Shown here: positions 48,926 to 57,136 of the stretch, piece by piece | Numbering within the stretch: the stretch's first letter is position 1 | Layout of the letters: the number at the start of each line of letters is the position of its first letter | DNA from: Coriobacteriia bacterium | GTDB lineage: Bacteria; Actinomycetota; Coriobacteriia; Anaerosomatales; PHET01 | Direction of reading: 5' to 3' | NCBI GenBank assembly: GCA_035687245.1 | Contig: DASRYH010000028.1 | Coordinates: forward strand, 45,525-109,524 | Length of the DNA stretch: 64,000 nt | Notes under the pieces: generated by a model | Database searches by the model: none | What the model was told of the DNA's origin: nothing | The model's input: only the letters and a program-made list of their open reading frames with translations | Program-made: the position numbers and the translations under genes

Positions 48926-49978
48926 CTAGGGGCGGCAAGCTCCTGCGTAGTTGGAGTGCAGCGGGTCGATTCGGACCCGCGCGCCCGTGTGAGGTGCGTG
49001 AATCATCATTCCACCGCCGACATAGATGCCGACGTGGTGAATGGGTGAGCCGAAGAAGACGAGGTCGCCCGCGCGCAGGTTGGAGCGGCTGACCCGTTCG
49101 CCATAGTGAATCTGCGCTCGAGAGCTATGGGGCAACCTCACACCCACCTGGCGGTAGACGAACATGGTGAGACCCGAGCAGTCGAAGCGGTTCGGCCCTG
49201 CTGCTGCCCAGCGGTACGGCGCGCCAAGATAGCGACGCGCAACCGAGACCACGGCGGTGCGCGGAGCTCGAGTGGGCGGCGGGAAGGTGCGCTCGGAGCG
49301 CGCCGGTGTGCGCACTTCGCGGCGTGCGCGAGCCGCACGGGCCCGTCGCTCAGACGCCTCGATGGCCGCGATTTGGGACTCGATGCCCCGCAGCTTCGAC
49401 TGGCGCTTGGCGAGCTGAGAGCGGATCGAGTTGCGATTCTGCTTCATGACCGCGACCTGATGGGCTGCGGACTTCTCTTTGGCACTGATCTCGGCCGTGT
49501 CCTTCTTGGCCTGCGCCTTGAGGGTCCTTAGCTCTGATACCGCCTTGGCGTCGCTGTCGTTGAGGTCGCGCAGGATGTTCCACGTAGTGGCGAAGTCCTC
49601 GTAGGTCCTCGAACCGAGCAGGACCTGCACGAAGCCCATCTTGCCGTCCCGATACATGTCGCGCGCCCGGGTCCCCAAGTGCGTCTGCACGACGCCCATC
49701 CGCTTGGTGACCTTCTTCAGGTGCGACTTCGCCTTGCGCTGCTGCGCACGAACGCGGGCATGCTTCGACCGCGCCTCTGAATAGCGTTCGGAGGCGCGCT
49801 CAACACGCTCGTCGAGCTTGTCGATCTCTGCTTTGACACGGCGGGCCTGAGCGTACTTGCTGCTCGGCACGGCACCGGCCGGAGTTGATGAGACAGCTAT
49901 GGCGACGGTAAGAATCGCAGTCGCAACTGATCTCCGTAGGGTAGTCAGTTCGTTGCCTCCCTGGCACACCGACGGCAT
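48926..49978 (-). CDS. Secreted NlpC/P60 peptidoglycan endopeptidase with N-terminal coiled coil
   Basis: 350-aa ORF with a signal peptide, a long Lys/Arg/Ala-rich coiled coil, and a C-terminus FDCSGLTMFVYRQVGVRLPHSS...HVGIYVGGGMMIHAP. Confidence 0.85.
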   Translation of the reverse strand: MPSVCQGGNELTTLRRSVATAILTVAIAVSSTPAGAVPSSKYAQARRVKAEIDKLDERVERASERYSEARSKHARVRAQQRKAKSHLKKVTKRMGVVQTHLGTRARDMYRDGKMGFVQVLLGSRTYEDFATTWNILRDLNDSDAKAVSELRTLKAQAKKDTAEISAKEKSAAHQVAVMKQNRNSIRSQLAKRQSKLRGIESQIAAIEASERRARAARARREVRTPARSERTFPPPTRAPRTAVVSVARRYLGAPYRWAAAGPNRFDCSGLTMFVYRQVGVRLPHSSRAQIHYGERVSRSNLRAGDLVFFGSPIHHVGIYVGGGMMIHAPHTGARVRIDPLHSNYAGACRP

Positions 49979-50023
49979 GACACTCCGAGGAGTTTAACAT
50001 GCCCTTTCGGACGGTCTGGGCTT

Positions 50024-50911
50024 CTACTGGAAAACCACACAAACGGCGTCGAGCACCTCAATTGCGGCGCCTTGCTCGCCTCTTTCGTCGCCTGCACCAA
50101 GGCTGCCGAGTTCGACAACGACCTGGGCGCGGCCCTTGCCTGCAGACGAGATCGCAGTCATCAGCCGGGACGCGAACGCCTCGCCGGCCAGGGTGACGAC
50201 AGGCAGCCCTTGAAGCGCTGCGGCCGCGCCTTCGGCGGCCAATCGCAGCTCGAAGCCGTCGGAGGCAGACACCTCTTCGGCAGACTTCAGCGACACCCGA
50301 GCCTGGTCGCTGGTTGCCTGCGCGAGGTTCACAATGCGCTCTGCGACACGCTCCCCTGCGGCGTCCAAACCACCCACGGTGAACGGGACACGCGACAGCA
50401 CATCGGCCGCGCGTGCGAAACCGAGATGCGCCTCGGAGTGCGAACGCGGCTCCTTGCCCTCCCAGACGTGCCTGAGCGCTAGCAGTGCGCGCACGGTCTC
50501 AGCGCCTACGATGCCGTCGGCGGGCAGCCCCGCATTGCGCTGGAACTCGCGCACAGCTCGCTCCGTGAAGGCGCCGAATATGCCGTCCACGCGCCCACAT
50601 GCGAATCCGAGCACGTTGAGTGCTTGCTGCAGAAGGGTCGTGTCGCGTCCGTGGAAGTGCGGCACACGTAGATAGAGCATGCGGTCACCGATGGTGAACG
50701 TCGCATCGACCAGCGCCGCCCACGTCGGATCATCGACGATGCCGTCGGATGTCAGGCCGGCTTCCGCCTGAAAGGATCGGACCGCGTCGGTAGTCGCACC
50801 GAGGTATATGCCGTCGATGCCAGCTCGACCCAGCTCGTAGCCGAGCGAGCGCAGTCGCCGCTGTATGTCTTCAACAGCCGGGCCTCTGTCTCCCGGCCGC
50901 ACGGGCTTCAT
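50024..50911 (-). CDS. Peptidoglycan-binding (PG_binding_1 x2) domain protein
   Basis: 295-aa ORF with two copies of the G..V..(L/I)Q..L..LG......DG.(F/Y)G..T..AV..FQ pattern. Confidence 0.7.
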   Translation of the reverse strand: MKPVRPGDRGPAVEDIQRRLRSLGYELGRAGIDGIYLGATTDAVRSFQAEAGLTSDGIVDDPTWAALVDATFTIGDRMLYLRVPHFHGRDTTLLQQALNVLGFACGRVDGIFGAFTERAVREFQRNAGLPADGIVGAETVRALLALRHVWEGKEPRSHSEAHLGFARAADVLSRVPFTVGGLDAAGERVAERIVNLAQATSDQARVSLKSAEEVSASDGFELRLAAEGAAAALQGLPVVTLAGEAFASRLMTAISSAGKGRAQVVVELGSLGAGDERGEQGAAIEVLDAVCVVFQ

Positions 50912-50945
50912 CGAACGTGTCCTCTACTCGTCTTAGCGCGCGTGA

Positions 50946-51374
50946 CTAGCGGCCGTAGCTGCTTCTGAAGCGTTGCGTGCCATCGCGCAGGTTGCGGTCC
51001 GTCACCGAACTCGTTCGCAAGTACCGGTCGAGCTCGAGGCTCAGGATAGTCGTAGGCGTGTACGTGAACTCGGCTGGTCCCGAGCCGGTGGAGTCTATCA
51101 CGAAGCCTTGGGCGAAGGCCTGGAGCACGGTGTCCACGGTCTCTTGCGAGGAGCCGGTTACCCGGGAGATGCGATCAGGGTCGAGCGGTTCGTTGGGGTG
51201 GTGAGCGATGTAGCCCGCAATACCCCGAGCGGCCGAACGGATCGTTCGGTCGTCTGGTAGCGACTCCAGCGCCCCACGCAGGCTCACTGCCACCCCCAAA
51301 CCTGCAGCTGGGCGAACGGCGCAAGCACGCCGACTGGCTCCTTTGGCCTGCCCAGCACTATAATGATACGCCAA
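50946..51374 (-). CDS. Hypothetical protein (possible winged-helix); start uncertain
   Basis: 142-aa ORF. The first about 25 codons overlap a perfect TATAAT of the divergent gene, so the true start is probably further downstream. Confidence 0.35.
   Translation of the reverse strand: MAYHYSAGQAKGASRRACAVRPAAGLGVAVSLRGALESLPDDRTIRSAARGIAGYIAHHPNEPLDPDRISRVTGSSQETVDTVLQAFAQGFVIDSTGSGPAEFTYTPTTILSLELDRYLRTSSVTDRNLRDGTQRFRSSYGR
51359..51364 (+). promoter_or_regulatory. -10 box TATAAT for the L,D-transpeptidase gene
   Basis: Perfect TATAAT in GC-rich DNA, 48 nt upstream of ATG 51412. I found no convincing -35 element. Confidence 0.4.
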
Positions 51375-51411
51375 AGCTCCACTTCGGAGTTACTCAGAAA
51401 GGCCCCACCGC

Positions 51412-52467
51412 ATGCAAGCACCCTCCACGATGCAGCGTACGCTCACGGTGATCCTCGCTGTCTGCCTTCTCACACTGTCTGGCGGCATGGCTTGGGCTGC
51501 GGTCAACGACTACGCCGCCCGCACGGTCGTGCCCTCCGGTGTCACCCTGCTGGGCCGCGACATCAGCGGCATGTCAGCCGACGAGGTGCGAAGCGCAATC
51601 TCCAGCGACGTCTCTGATCGCCTGAAGCAGCCGTATACCGTCGTCGCTGACGGCCATGAGTTCACTCTCGACCCATCCAACGCCGTGCAGGTGGACGTCG
51701 ACGCGATGGTCGATGCAGCATTCCAGCCCCGCAAGACCGCGTCGTTCGTCACGCGCCTCGAACACGACGTCATGCAGACGCCGCTCACCGCCGAAGTGGA
51801 GCCGGTCTACACCGTCGACCAGGCCACACTCGACACGTGGATCGCTGACGTGGCCCAGGATGTGGACCGCAAGGCAGTCAACGCGAAGGTGCTGCTCAAG
51901 GGCTACAAGATCGAGATTCGCAAGTCGGAAACGGGCCGCAAGGTCGACGTGGCACGTTCCGCCGAAGTACTTCAGCAGACACTCACCAGCGAGGCGGCCG
52001 TCAGCGAGTCCGCGCGGCGCATCTCGATTCCCGTCGAGACTATCGAGCCGAAGAAGACCGAGGACGACCTCGGGCGCACGATCGTCGTGAGTCTGAGCCA
52101 GCGTCGCGTGCGCCTCTTCGACGGCGGGAAGCTCGTCAAGACCTACCGTTGTGCGATCGGCACACCCGCGCACCCCACCCCCCCGGGTGAGTGGAAGATC
52201 GTGCAGAAGCGCTACATGCCGACGTGGAGAAACCCCGGCAGCGCGTGGGCGGCAAGCATGCCTCGCAGCATTCCGCCCGGACCAAGCAACCCGCTTGGCA
52301 CTCGTGCGATCAACCTGAGCGCTCCCGGCATTCGCTTCCACGGGACCAGGAACATCGCGTCGGTGGGCACCGCCGCAAGCCATGGCTGCATGCGCATGTA
52401 TCGCCAGGACGTCGAGGATCTCTACGACCGCGTGAAGGTCGGCGACAAGGTCTTCATCGTCCGCTAG
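51412..52467 (+). CDS. L,D-transpeptidase (YkuD domain)
   Basis: 351-aa ORF with an N-terminal signal/anchor and catalytic motif FHGTRNIASVGTAASHGCMRM. Confidence 0.88.
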   Translation: MQAPSTMQRTLTVILAVCLLTLSGGMAWAAVNDYAARTVVPSGVTLLGRDISGMSADEVRSAISSDVSDRLKQPYTVVADGHEFTLDPSNAVQVDVDAMVDAAFQPRKTASFVTRLEHDVMQTPLTAEVEPVYTVDQATLDTWIADVAQDVDRKAVNAKVLLKGYKIEIRKSETGRKVDVARSAEVLQQTLTSEAAVSESARRISIPVETIEPKKTEDDLGRTIVVSLSQRRVRLFDGGKLVKTYRCAIGTPAHPTPPGEWKIVQKRYMPTWRNPGSAWAASMPRSIPPGPSNPLGTRAINLSAPGIRFHGTRNIASVGTAASHGCMRMYRQDVEDLYDRVKVGDKVFIVR

Positions 52468-52492
52468 ATGCCTGGCTGGTTCTCTGGCGGTG

Positions 52493-54763
52493 CTACTTCA
52501 CCTTCACGTAGTCGTACTTGGTCGACCACGTATCTGCATGCCTTGAATCGGCGACGGCACGCGCTCGAAGTCTCCAACTGCCCTTGCTCGTGAGGCGCAT
52601 CTTCACGGAGTACTTGCTCGTGGTCATGGTCGAACGAGTCAGCTTGGCATTCACGTAACCGTACGACTTCCACTTGCCGCTGACCTTCTTGTACTTGTAG
52701 ATGCGCACGTAGTAGCCACTTGCGGTGTGAAGCGGCTTGAGCGTGCCGTAGACCACGTAGTACTTCGACTTCTTCATGCTCGAAGGTGCCACTGGAGTCG
52801 AGACTGAGGTCTTCGGCACCACAACGATCACGTTGGATGTGCCCTTGTACGGGACGCCCGTCGACGCCAAGTAGTAGGTCTTGCCGTTCGGCAGAACTGA
52901 GAACGAGAAGGTGCCCGCGGTGGACGGGAACGTGGATGCCGAGATCGGCCTCCAGTTCACGCCGTCAGTGGAATCCTGCAGGTAGACCCTCTGAGTCGTT
53001 GGCAGGGGCGTCGAGCCGACGAATGCTGTGCCGGTGAGCGTCACATTCGAGGCGTATCCCGCCACCGACGGTCCGCTCAGGACGAGTGTCCCGGCGCCTT
53101 GGACGCTGAAGTTCACGGTCTTCGAGGACGCATGCCCGAGACTGTCGACTGCCGATACGACTAGCGAGCGCGACCCAGGATTGTTGATCGGCGTGCCCGA
53201 GACATAGGCTGCTCCATCGAGCTTGGCCGTGAGGGACGCAACGCCGTCGTCATCCGTGGCGGTGTAGATCGCGCCGGTTCCCAGTGGATGGGTGCCGCCG
53301 GCGGTGACTCCCGTAATCGTGATCGTCGGCCCAGGGTTGTCTATTGTGAAGTGCACCGTCTTGCTTGCTCGGTTGTGGGAAGCGTCCTCCGCAACGACGT
53401 TCAGGGTGTGGGGCCCAAGGGCGCTCACAAGTCGGCCGGTCGCCGGGTAGTCCACGCCGTCCAACTTCGCGTAGACGATCGATCCGTCGGACAAGCTGAT
53501 AGTCGGCGTCGCCTTCTGCAGGGTCTGCCCCTCCGTGACGCCCGAGACGGTGATCGTAGGCGGCACGTTGTCGATCGTGAACGTCACGGACTTGGTGTCC
53601 GAGTGTCCCGCCGCGTCCTGCGCGGTCACCTGCAGCGTGTGAACGCCGGCGTCCGTAACCACGGCGCCGTTTTGAATCGCCGTGCCATCGAGTGTCGCAA
53701 CCAGCGAGGTGACGCCCACGTTGTCAGTTGCAGTGAAGTTGATCTCGGCGTAGCTGTAGCTCTGGCCGTTGGTGGGCGACACAATCGTCACAACCGGGTT
53801 CTGGCTGTCGAGGTTCGTCTGATATGCGACCTCAGCGACAACCGGTTTCCCCCAGTCAGGGCCAGTGCCTGTGTCCCACGCCTGGACCGCGAACTCGTAG
53901 ATGTTGCCGGCGACCATGCCGGTGGTGTCGTTCCACGAGAGCGCGGCGGTCCGCGTTGAGGTCAGCTCGGTCCACACGCCGCCCTTGATGCGTTTGTAGA
54001 CGCGGTACGCGACCGCGCGCTCATCGTCGGCGGCGTTGAGCGGGCCCTTCTTCGGCTTGGTCCACGACAGCGCCACGTTCGTCCCGCTCGGAACGGCCTG
54101 AAGGTTGCCGACAGGTCCGTACTTGAAGCCAGAGACGACGAGGTCGTCGATCGAGGGTCCGATAGGGTCGCCAGCGCCGGTTCCCCCCGCTTCCGCCTGG
54201 TCGGTGAAGACGAACTGGAGCGTCAGCGGCTCGCGGGAGATGACGACACTGCCCGCCGTGTCGAAGGAAACGAGATCCCACTTCGAAGTCTGAGGGAGAG
54301 TCCAGTAGTGATCCTGTGGCGTGGGCGCGAAGAGGTGAATCTGCGTGCTTTCGGTGTCGGCGCCGCCGACTGCCTCGCAGGTATAGCGGAACGACACGTG
54401 CCCCGAGTACATATCCTGGAACCCAGTGACCGTTCTAGTCGCAGTGCCCTTGGTCCCATCCGGGTAGCGGTTGAGCCACGACGGATTGCCGGCGGCGTCG
54501 GTGCCTGCCGCCCACAGCGCGTAGTTGCCCGAGTACGACGACGTCGGCTCGATGGAAGGGCCCCAGTACGCGGTGAAAGGTGGATCGCCGCCCGGCTTGC
54601 CAGCAAGCGTGAGCTGCGTCGTGCCCGAGTCGAAGTTGTCGCGGAACAGCTCCTTCTCGCTCATCGCCGGTCCCTCTGCGAAGGCGGATCCAGCCACGAG
54701 CATGCTAGCCACGGCACACGCGACTGCTGCCGCCACGATCATCCTGCGATACGTGAATCCCAT
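52493..54763 (-). CDS. Secreted surface protein: N-terminal beta-sandwich, FN3-like domain, three Ig-like repeats, basic C-terminal domains
   Basis: 756-aa ORF with signal peptide ...LVAGSAFA-EG. FN3-like region NLQAVPSGTNVALSWTKP...YRVYKR...YEFAVQAW. Confidence 0.7.
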   Translation of the reverse strand: MGFTYRRMIVAAAVACAVASMLVAGSAFAEGPAMSEKELFRDNFDSGTTQLTLAGKPGGDPPFTAYWGPSIEPTSSYSGNYALWAAGTDAAGNPSWLNRYPDGTKGTATRTVTGFQDMYSGHVSFRYTCEAVGGADTESTQIHLFAPTPQDHYWTLPQTSKWDLVSFDTAGSVVISREPLTLQFVFTDQAEAGGTGAGDPIGPSIDDLVVSGFKYGPVGNLQAVPSGTNVALSWTKPKKGPLNAADDERAVAYRVYKRIKGGVWTELTSTRTAALSWNDTTGMVAGNIYEFAVQAWDTGTGPDWGKPVVAEVAYQTNLDSQNPVVTIVSPTNGQSYSYAEINFTATDNVGVTSLVATLDGTAIQNGAVVTDAGVHTLQVTAQDAAGHSDTKSVTFTIDNVPPTITVSGVTEGQTLQKATPTISLSDGSIVYAKLDGVDYPATGRLVSALGPHTLNVVAEDASHNRASKTVHFTIDNPGPTITITGVTAGGTHPLGTGAIYTATDDDGVASLTAKLDGAAYVSGTPINNPGSRSLVVSAVDSLGHASSKTVNFSVQGAGTLVLSGPSVAGYASNVTLTGTAFVGSTPLPTTQRVYLQDSTDGVNWRPISASTFPSTAGTFSFSVLPNGKTYYLASTGVPYKGTSNVIVVVPKTSVSTPVAPSSMKKSKYYVVYGTLKPLHTASGYYVRIYKYKKVSGKWKSYGYVNAKLTRSTMTTSKYSVKMRLTSKGSWRLRARAVADSRHADTWSTKYDYVKVK
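53102..53800 (-). repeat. Three tandem Ig-like repeats (about 78 aa each) inside the surface-protein gene
   Basis: Residues 322-398, 399-476 and 477-554 repeat the pattern P.(V/I)TI..(V/P)T.G......I..TA(T/S)D..GV.SL.A.LDG........G.H.L.V.A.D..GH...K.V.FTID. Confidence 0.7.
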
Positions 54764-54779
54764 GCTCTAGTCGCGCTCC

Positions 54780-55625
54780 CTATTTAGCGCTGTCGGCGAA
54801 TGCCTTCGCAGCGCTGGTTGCCAGACCGAGTTGCTGAGACGGGTCGCCCTCGACCGAGATCAGTACCTCGAACACGTAGATGCCTCGAACATAGGTTGAG
54901 GTAGCATACCGCGTGCCGTCGGTGCCCAAGTACGCAGACGCCTCGTCAACGGTCGTGGTCGAGCCGTTCTCTGCGTACAGTGCCTTGCTCGTCTTGCTGA
55001 TGAAGTCTTCGGCCGAGGCCTTGGACTTCATCTCATGAACAGTCCAGATGATCTGCTGCGCTGGCACCTTCGCCGAGACGGCGGTCGCAGAAACCTGCGC
55101 CTCGCCCTCGGTCTTCATGGCCGTGCCGAACGAGTAGCCCTCGAAGGTCGTCGGCAACAGAGTGAGCGCGTCGCCGACAGGCTCATCGAAGTCGCTCTCG
55201 TCCACAGTGGCAGTCCCACCGCTGCCTGGCGTAGTACTACCGCCGGAGCCGGGGTTCGTGGAGCCGCCTGAACCCTTCGAGCCCGTCGACCCTGGCTTCG
55301 AGCCACTGGTGCCCGAACCCGTCGCCTTCTTCTGCGCATCGGTCGCCTTCTTGGCGACGGCTAGGGCGCTGGCACTCGTCGGATCGAGCTCCTGCGCCTT
55401 CTTGGCGAGCTCGGCGGCCTTGGTGGCGTCACCTGAGGCCAGCGCGTCGTTCGCCTGCGCGACGTAGCGAGTAGCCTCGGACTTGGCCGTGTTGCTCGGC
55501 CCGCTCCTTGCACCCCCAAGCGCGCTGATGAGAAAGACGACAGCGGCCAAGACCAAGACAGTCACGACGCCCGACATGATCGCCATAGGGCGAGTGAAGA
55601 CGAACCTCTTCGGCTGGTCGCTCAC
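54780..55625 (-). CDS. Membrane-anchored protein with Gly/Ser/Thr-rich linker
   Basis: 281-aa ORF with a single N-terminal TM helix, a helical Ala/Lys segment, the linker GSGTSGSKPGSTGSKGSGGSTNPGSGGSTTPGSGG, and a C-terminal globular part. Confidence 0.5.
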   Translation of the reverse strand: MSDQPKRFVFTRPMAIMSGVVTVLVLAAVVFLISALGGARSGPSNTAKSEATRYVAQANDALASGDATKAAELAKKAQELDPTSASALAVAKKATDAQKKATGSGTSGSKPGSTGSKGSGGSTNPGSGGSTTPGSGGTATVDESDFDEPVGDALTLLPTTFEGYSFGTAMKTEGEAQVSATAVSAKVPAQQIIWTVHEMKSKASAEDFISKTSKALYAENGSTTTVDEASAYLGTDGTRYATSTYVRGIYVFEVLISVEGDPSQQLGLATSAAKAFADSAK

Positions 55626-55634
55626 GATGTTCTC

Positions 55635-56981
55635 CTAGCCGTTAAGCGCCGCGTCCACTGCGGCGTCATCTACCTCGGAGACGCCGCGGTCAGCAGCGTC
55701 GTCAATCGCGGCGTTGGCAAGCGCGATGAAGCGCGGGAGGTCGTCTTCGGCGGCGTCGGCGAGCCGAACCATCCCGGGCGACTCCATCGACATCGCAGTC
55801 GCTCCAGGAAGCGCGGCCGAGTCGAACCACCCGTCAACGATCTCAGGCTGGAGCTTGGTGGGGGCATCCTGAAGGAGCTGGATGTTTGCAAACGACCACT
55901 CGACCCGCGAGCCCTCGGGCACGCGCTCCTCCATCTCGGGCACCTCGCCCGGCGAGAACGCGTAGACCATCACGACCGGGCCCGCGAGCTTCTGACGCAG
56001 CCTCAGCATCGAGTCGGCCACATCGCGACGCAGGTCCTCGGGGACCTCCATCCAGCTGCGAAACTCGTCGTAGATGAACGCCGCCTTCGTAAAGCGTACG
56101 GAGGACAACTCGACCAGATTGGTAAGCGTCTTGCGCGGGGCCTTGGTGATCTTGAGCTCTTCCATGAGTGCGGCCATTCCGCGCTCTCGATAGAGGCGCA
56201 GCCCTCGCGCCAGAACGGGCGTCAAGTGCGCCCGGGTGTAGTCGATGAAGTAGTCGAGCAGCATTCGAGAGTCATCATCAGACATCTCGATCTGCGCGAG
56301 GATGGTGGAGGTGCCCGGCGCGTCGCCGAGCGTCGCGTCGACTTCCTCGGTTGTGTCGGTCTCGTCGCCATCCTCTTCGAGATTGGTGCGGCGCATGTCG
56401 GCAACCTCGATGAGCTCTTCGTGGCGCTCGAGCTCGGGCTCGCCGAAGACGCGCCGAACTGCGGTCAGTGCATCGGCACCGAACTCCTCGGCGAACGCGG
56501 CAAGAGCGTCGGGACCCAGCACCGCGTAGGAGGCAAGCGTGTCGTCGGGCGACGCGAGAACCTTCTTGACGTAGGGAACCAGAGTGAGCTCGAAGTCGCG
56601 GAACGCAAGGCGCTCAGCGAACACCCCGAGGGTTCCCCTCACGACACCGATCTTGAACATGAAGAGCTGAACATAGGCGTAGATGACGTTGAAGTCATCG
56701 TCGGTGGCGAGCACGCGCTCGGCGTGAGCCATGGCCGCCAGAGGGTAGCTCGGCGGAATGTCGGCGTCCTTGTCGACCCAGATGGGAAGCGGCGCGTCTT
56801 CGTCGCGCGCCTGGAGAATCGCCTTCAGCAGGCGATTCGAAGCCGCCCTAGTCTCGCACTCGACTCCGGGCTCGCCCGGGTTGTCGGCGCCGCCGGCAAA
56901 CGGGTTGGCGTGCAGCCCGAGGGATGCGTAGCGAGAGATGCCCTGTGGCGCTTCTTCTGCTTCGGTCGGGGTCGTCGGCAA
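55635..56981 (-). CDS. Hypothetical cytoplasmic protein (N-terminus resembles ExeA/AAA-like LGLxxNPF lead-in but has no Walker A)
   Basis: 448-aa ORF, TTG start after AGGTGA. Acidic, with no signal peptide and no GxxxxGK(T/S) motif. Confidence 0.5.
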   Translation of the reverse strand: MPTTPTEAEEAPQGISRYASLGLHANPFAGGADNPGEPGVECETRAASNRLLKAILQARDEDAPLPIWVDKDADIPPSYPLAAMAHAERVLATDDDFNVIYAYVQLFMFKIGVVRGTLGVFAERLAFRDFELTLVPYVKKVLASPDDTLASYAVLGPDALAAFAEEFGADALTAVRRVFGEPELERHEELIEVADMRRTNLEEDGDETDTTEEVDATLGDAPGTSTILAQIEMSDDDSRMLLDYFIDYTRAHLTPVLARGLRLYRERGMAALMEELKITKAPRKTLTNLVELSSVRFTKAAFIYDEFRSWMEVPEDLRRDVADSMLRLRQKLAGPVVMVYAFSPGEVPEMEERVPEGSRVEWSFANIQLLQDAPTKLQPEIVDGWFDSAALPGATAMSMESPGMVRLADAAEDDLPRFIALANAAIDDAADRGVSEVDDAAVDAALNG

Positions 56982-57051
56982 GGACGTTCACCTGCTCTCT
57001 TATCTAGCTGGCCGGACATCAAGCGTACAACGTCGGCCGCGCGAATGGGGC

Positions 57052-57093
57052 TTCGAAAAGCGGGGGCCCCGGGCTCGTTGCCCGGGACCCCCC
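57052..57093 (-). terminator. Intrinsic terminator closing the hydrogenase-cytochrome operon
   Basis: The minus strand reads GGGGGGTCCCGGGC-AACGA-GCCCGGGGCCCCC followed by GCTTTTCGAA, 44 nt after the cytochrome stop. Confidence 0.7.
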
Positions 57094-57136
57094 TTGTGCT
57101 GCAATCGTGCGTTGCCGCTAAGCGGAGTCGAAACCC

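Noticed and set aside
49979-51411. Search for a c-di-AMP (ydaO-type) riboswitch in front of the NlpC/P60 and PG-binding genes, as seen in Actinobacteria.
   Set aside because: The intergenic gaps are only 34-45 nt, and I could not see the conserved motif. There is no room for an RNA of about 120 nt or more unless the 142-aa ORF is false, which its protein-like C-terminal half argues against.
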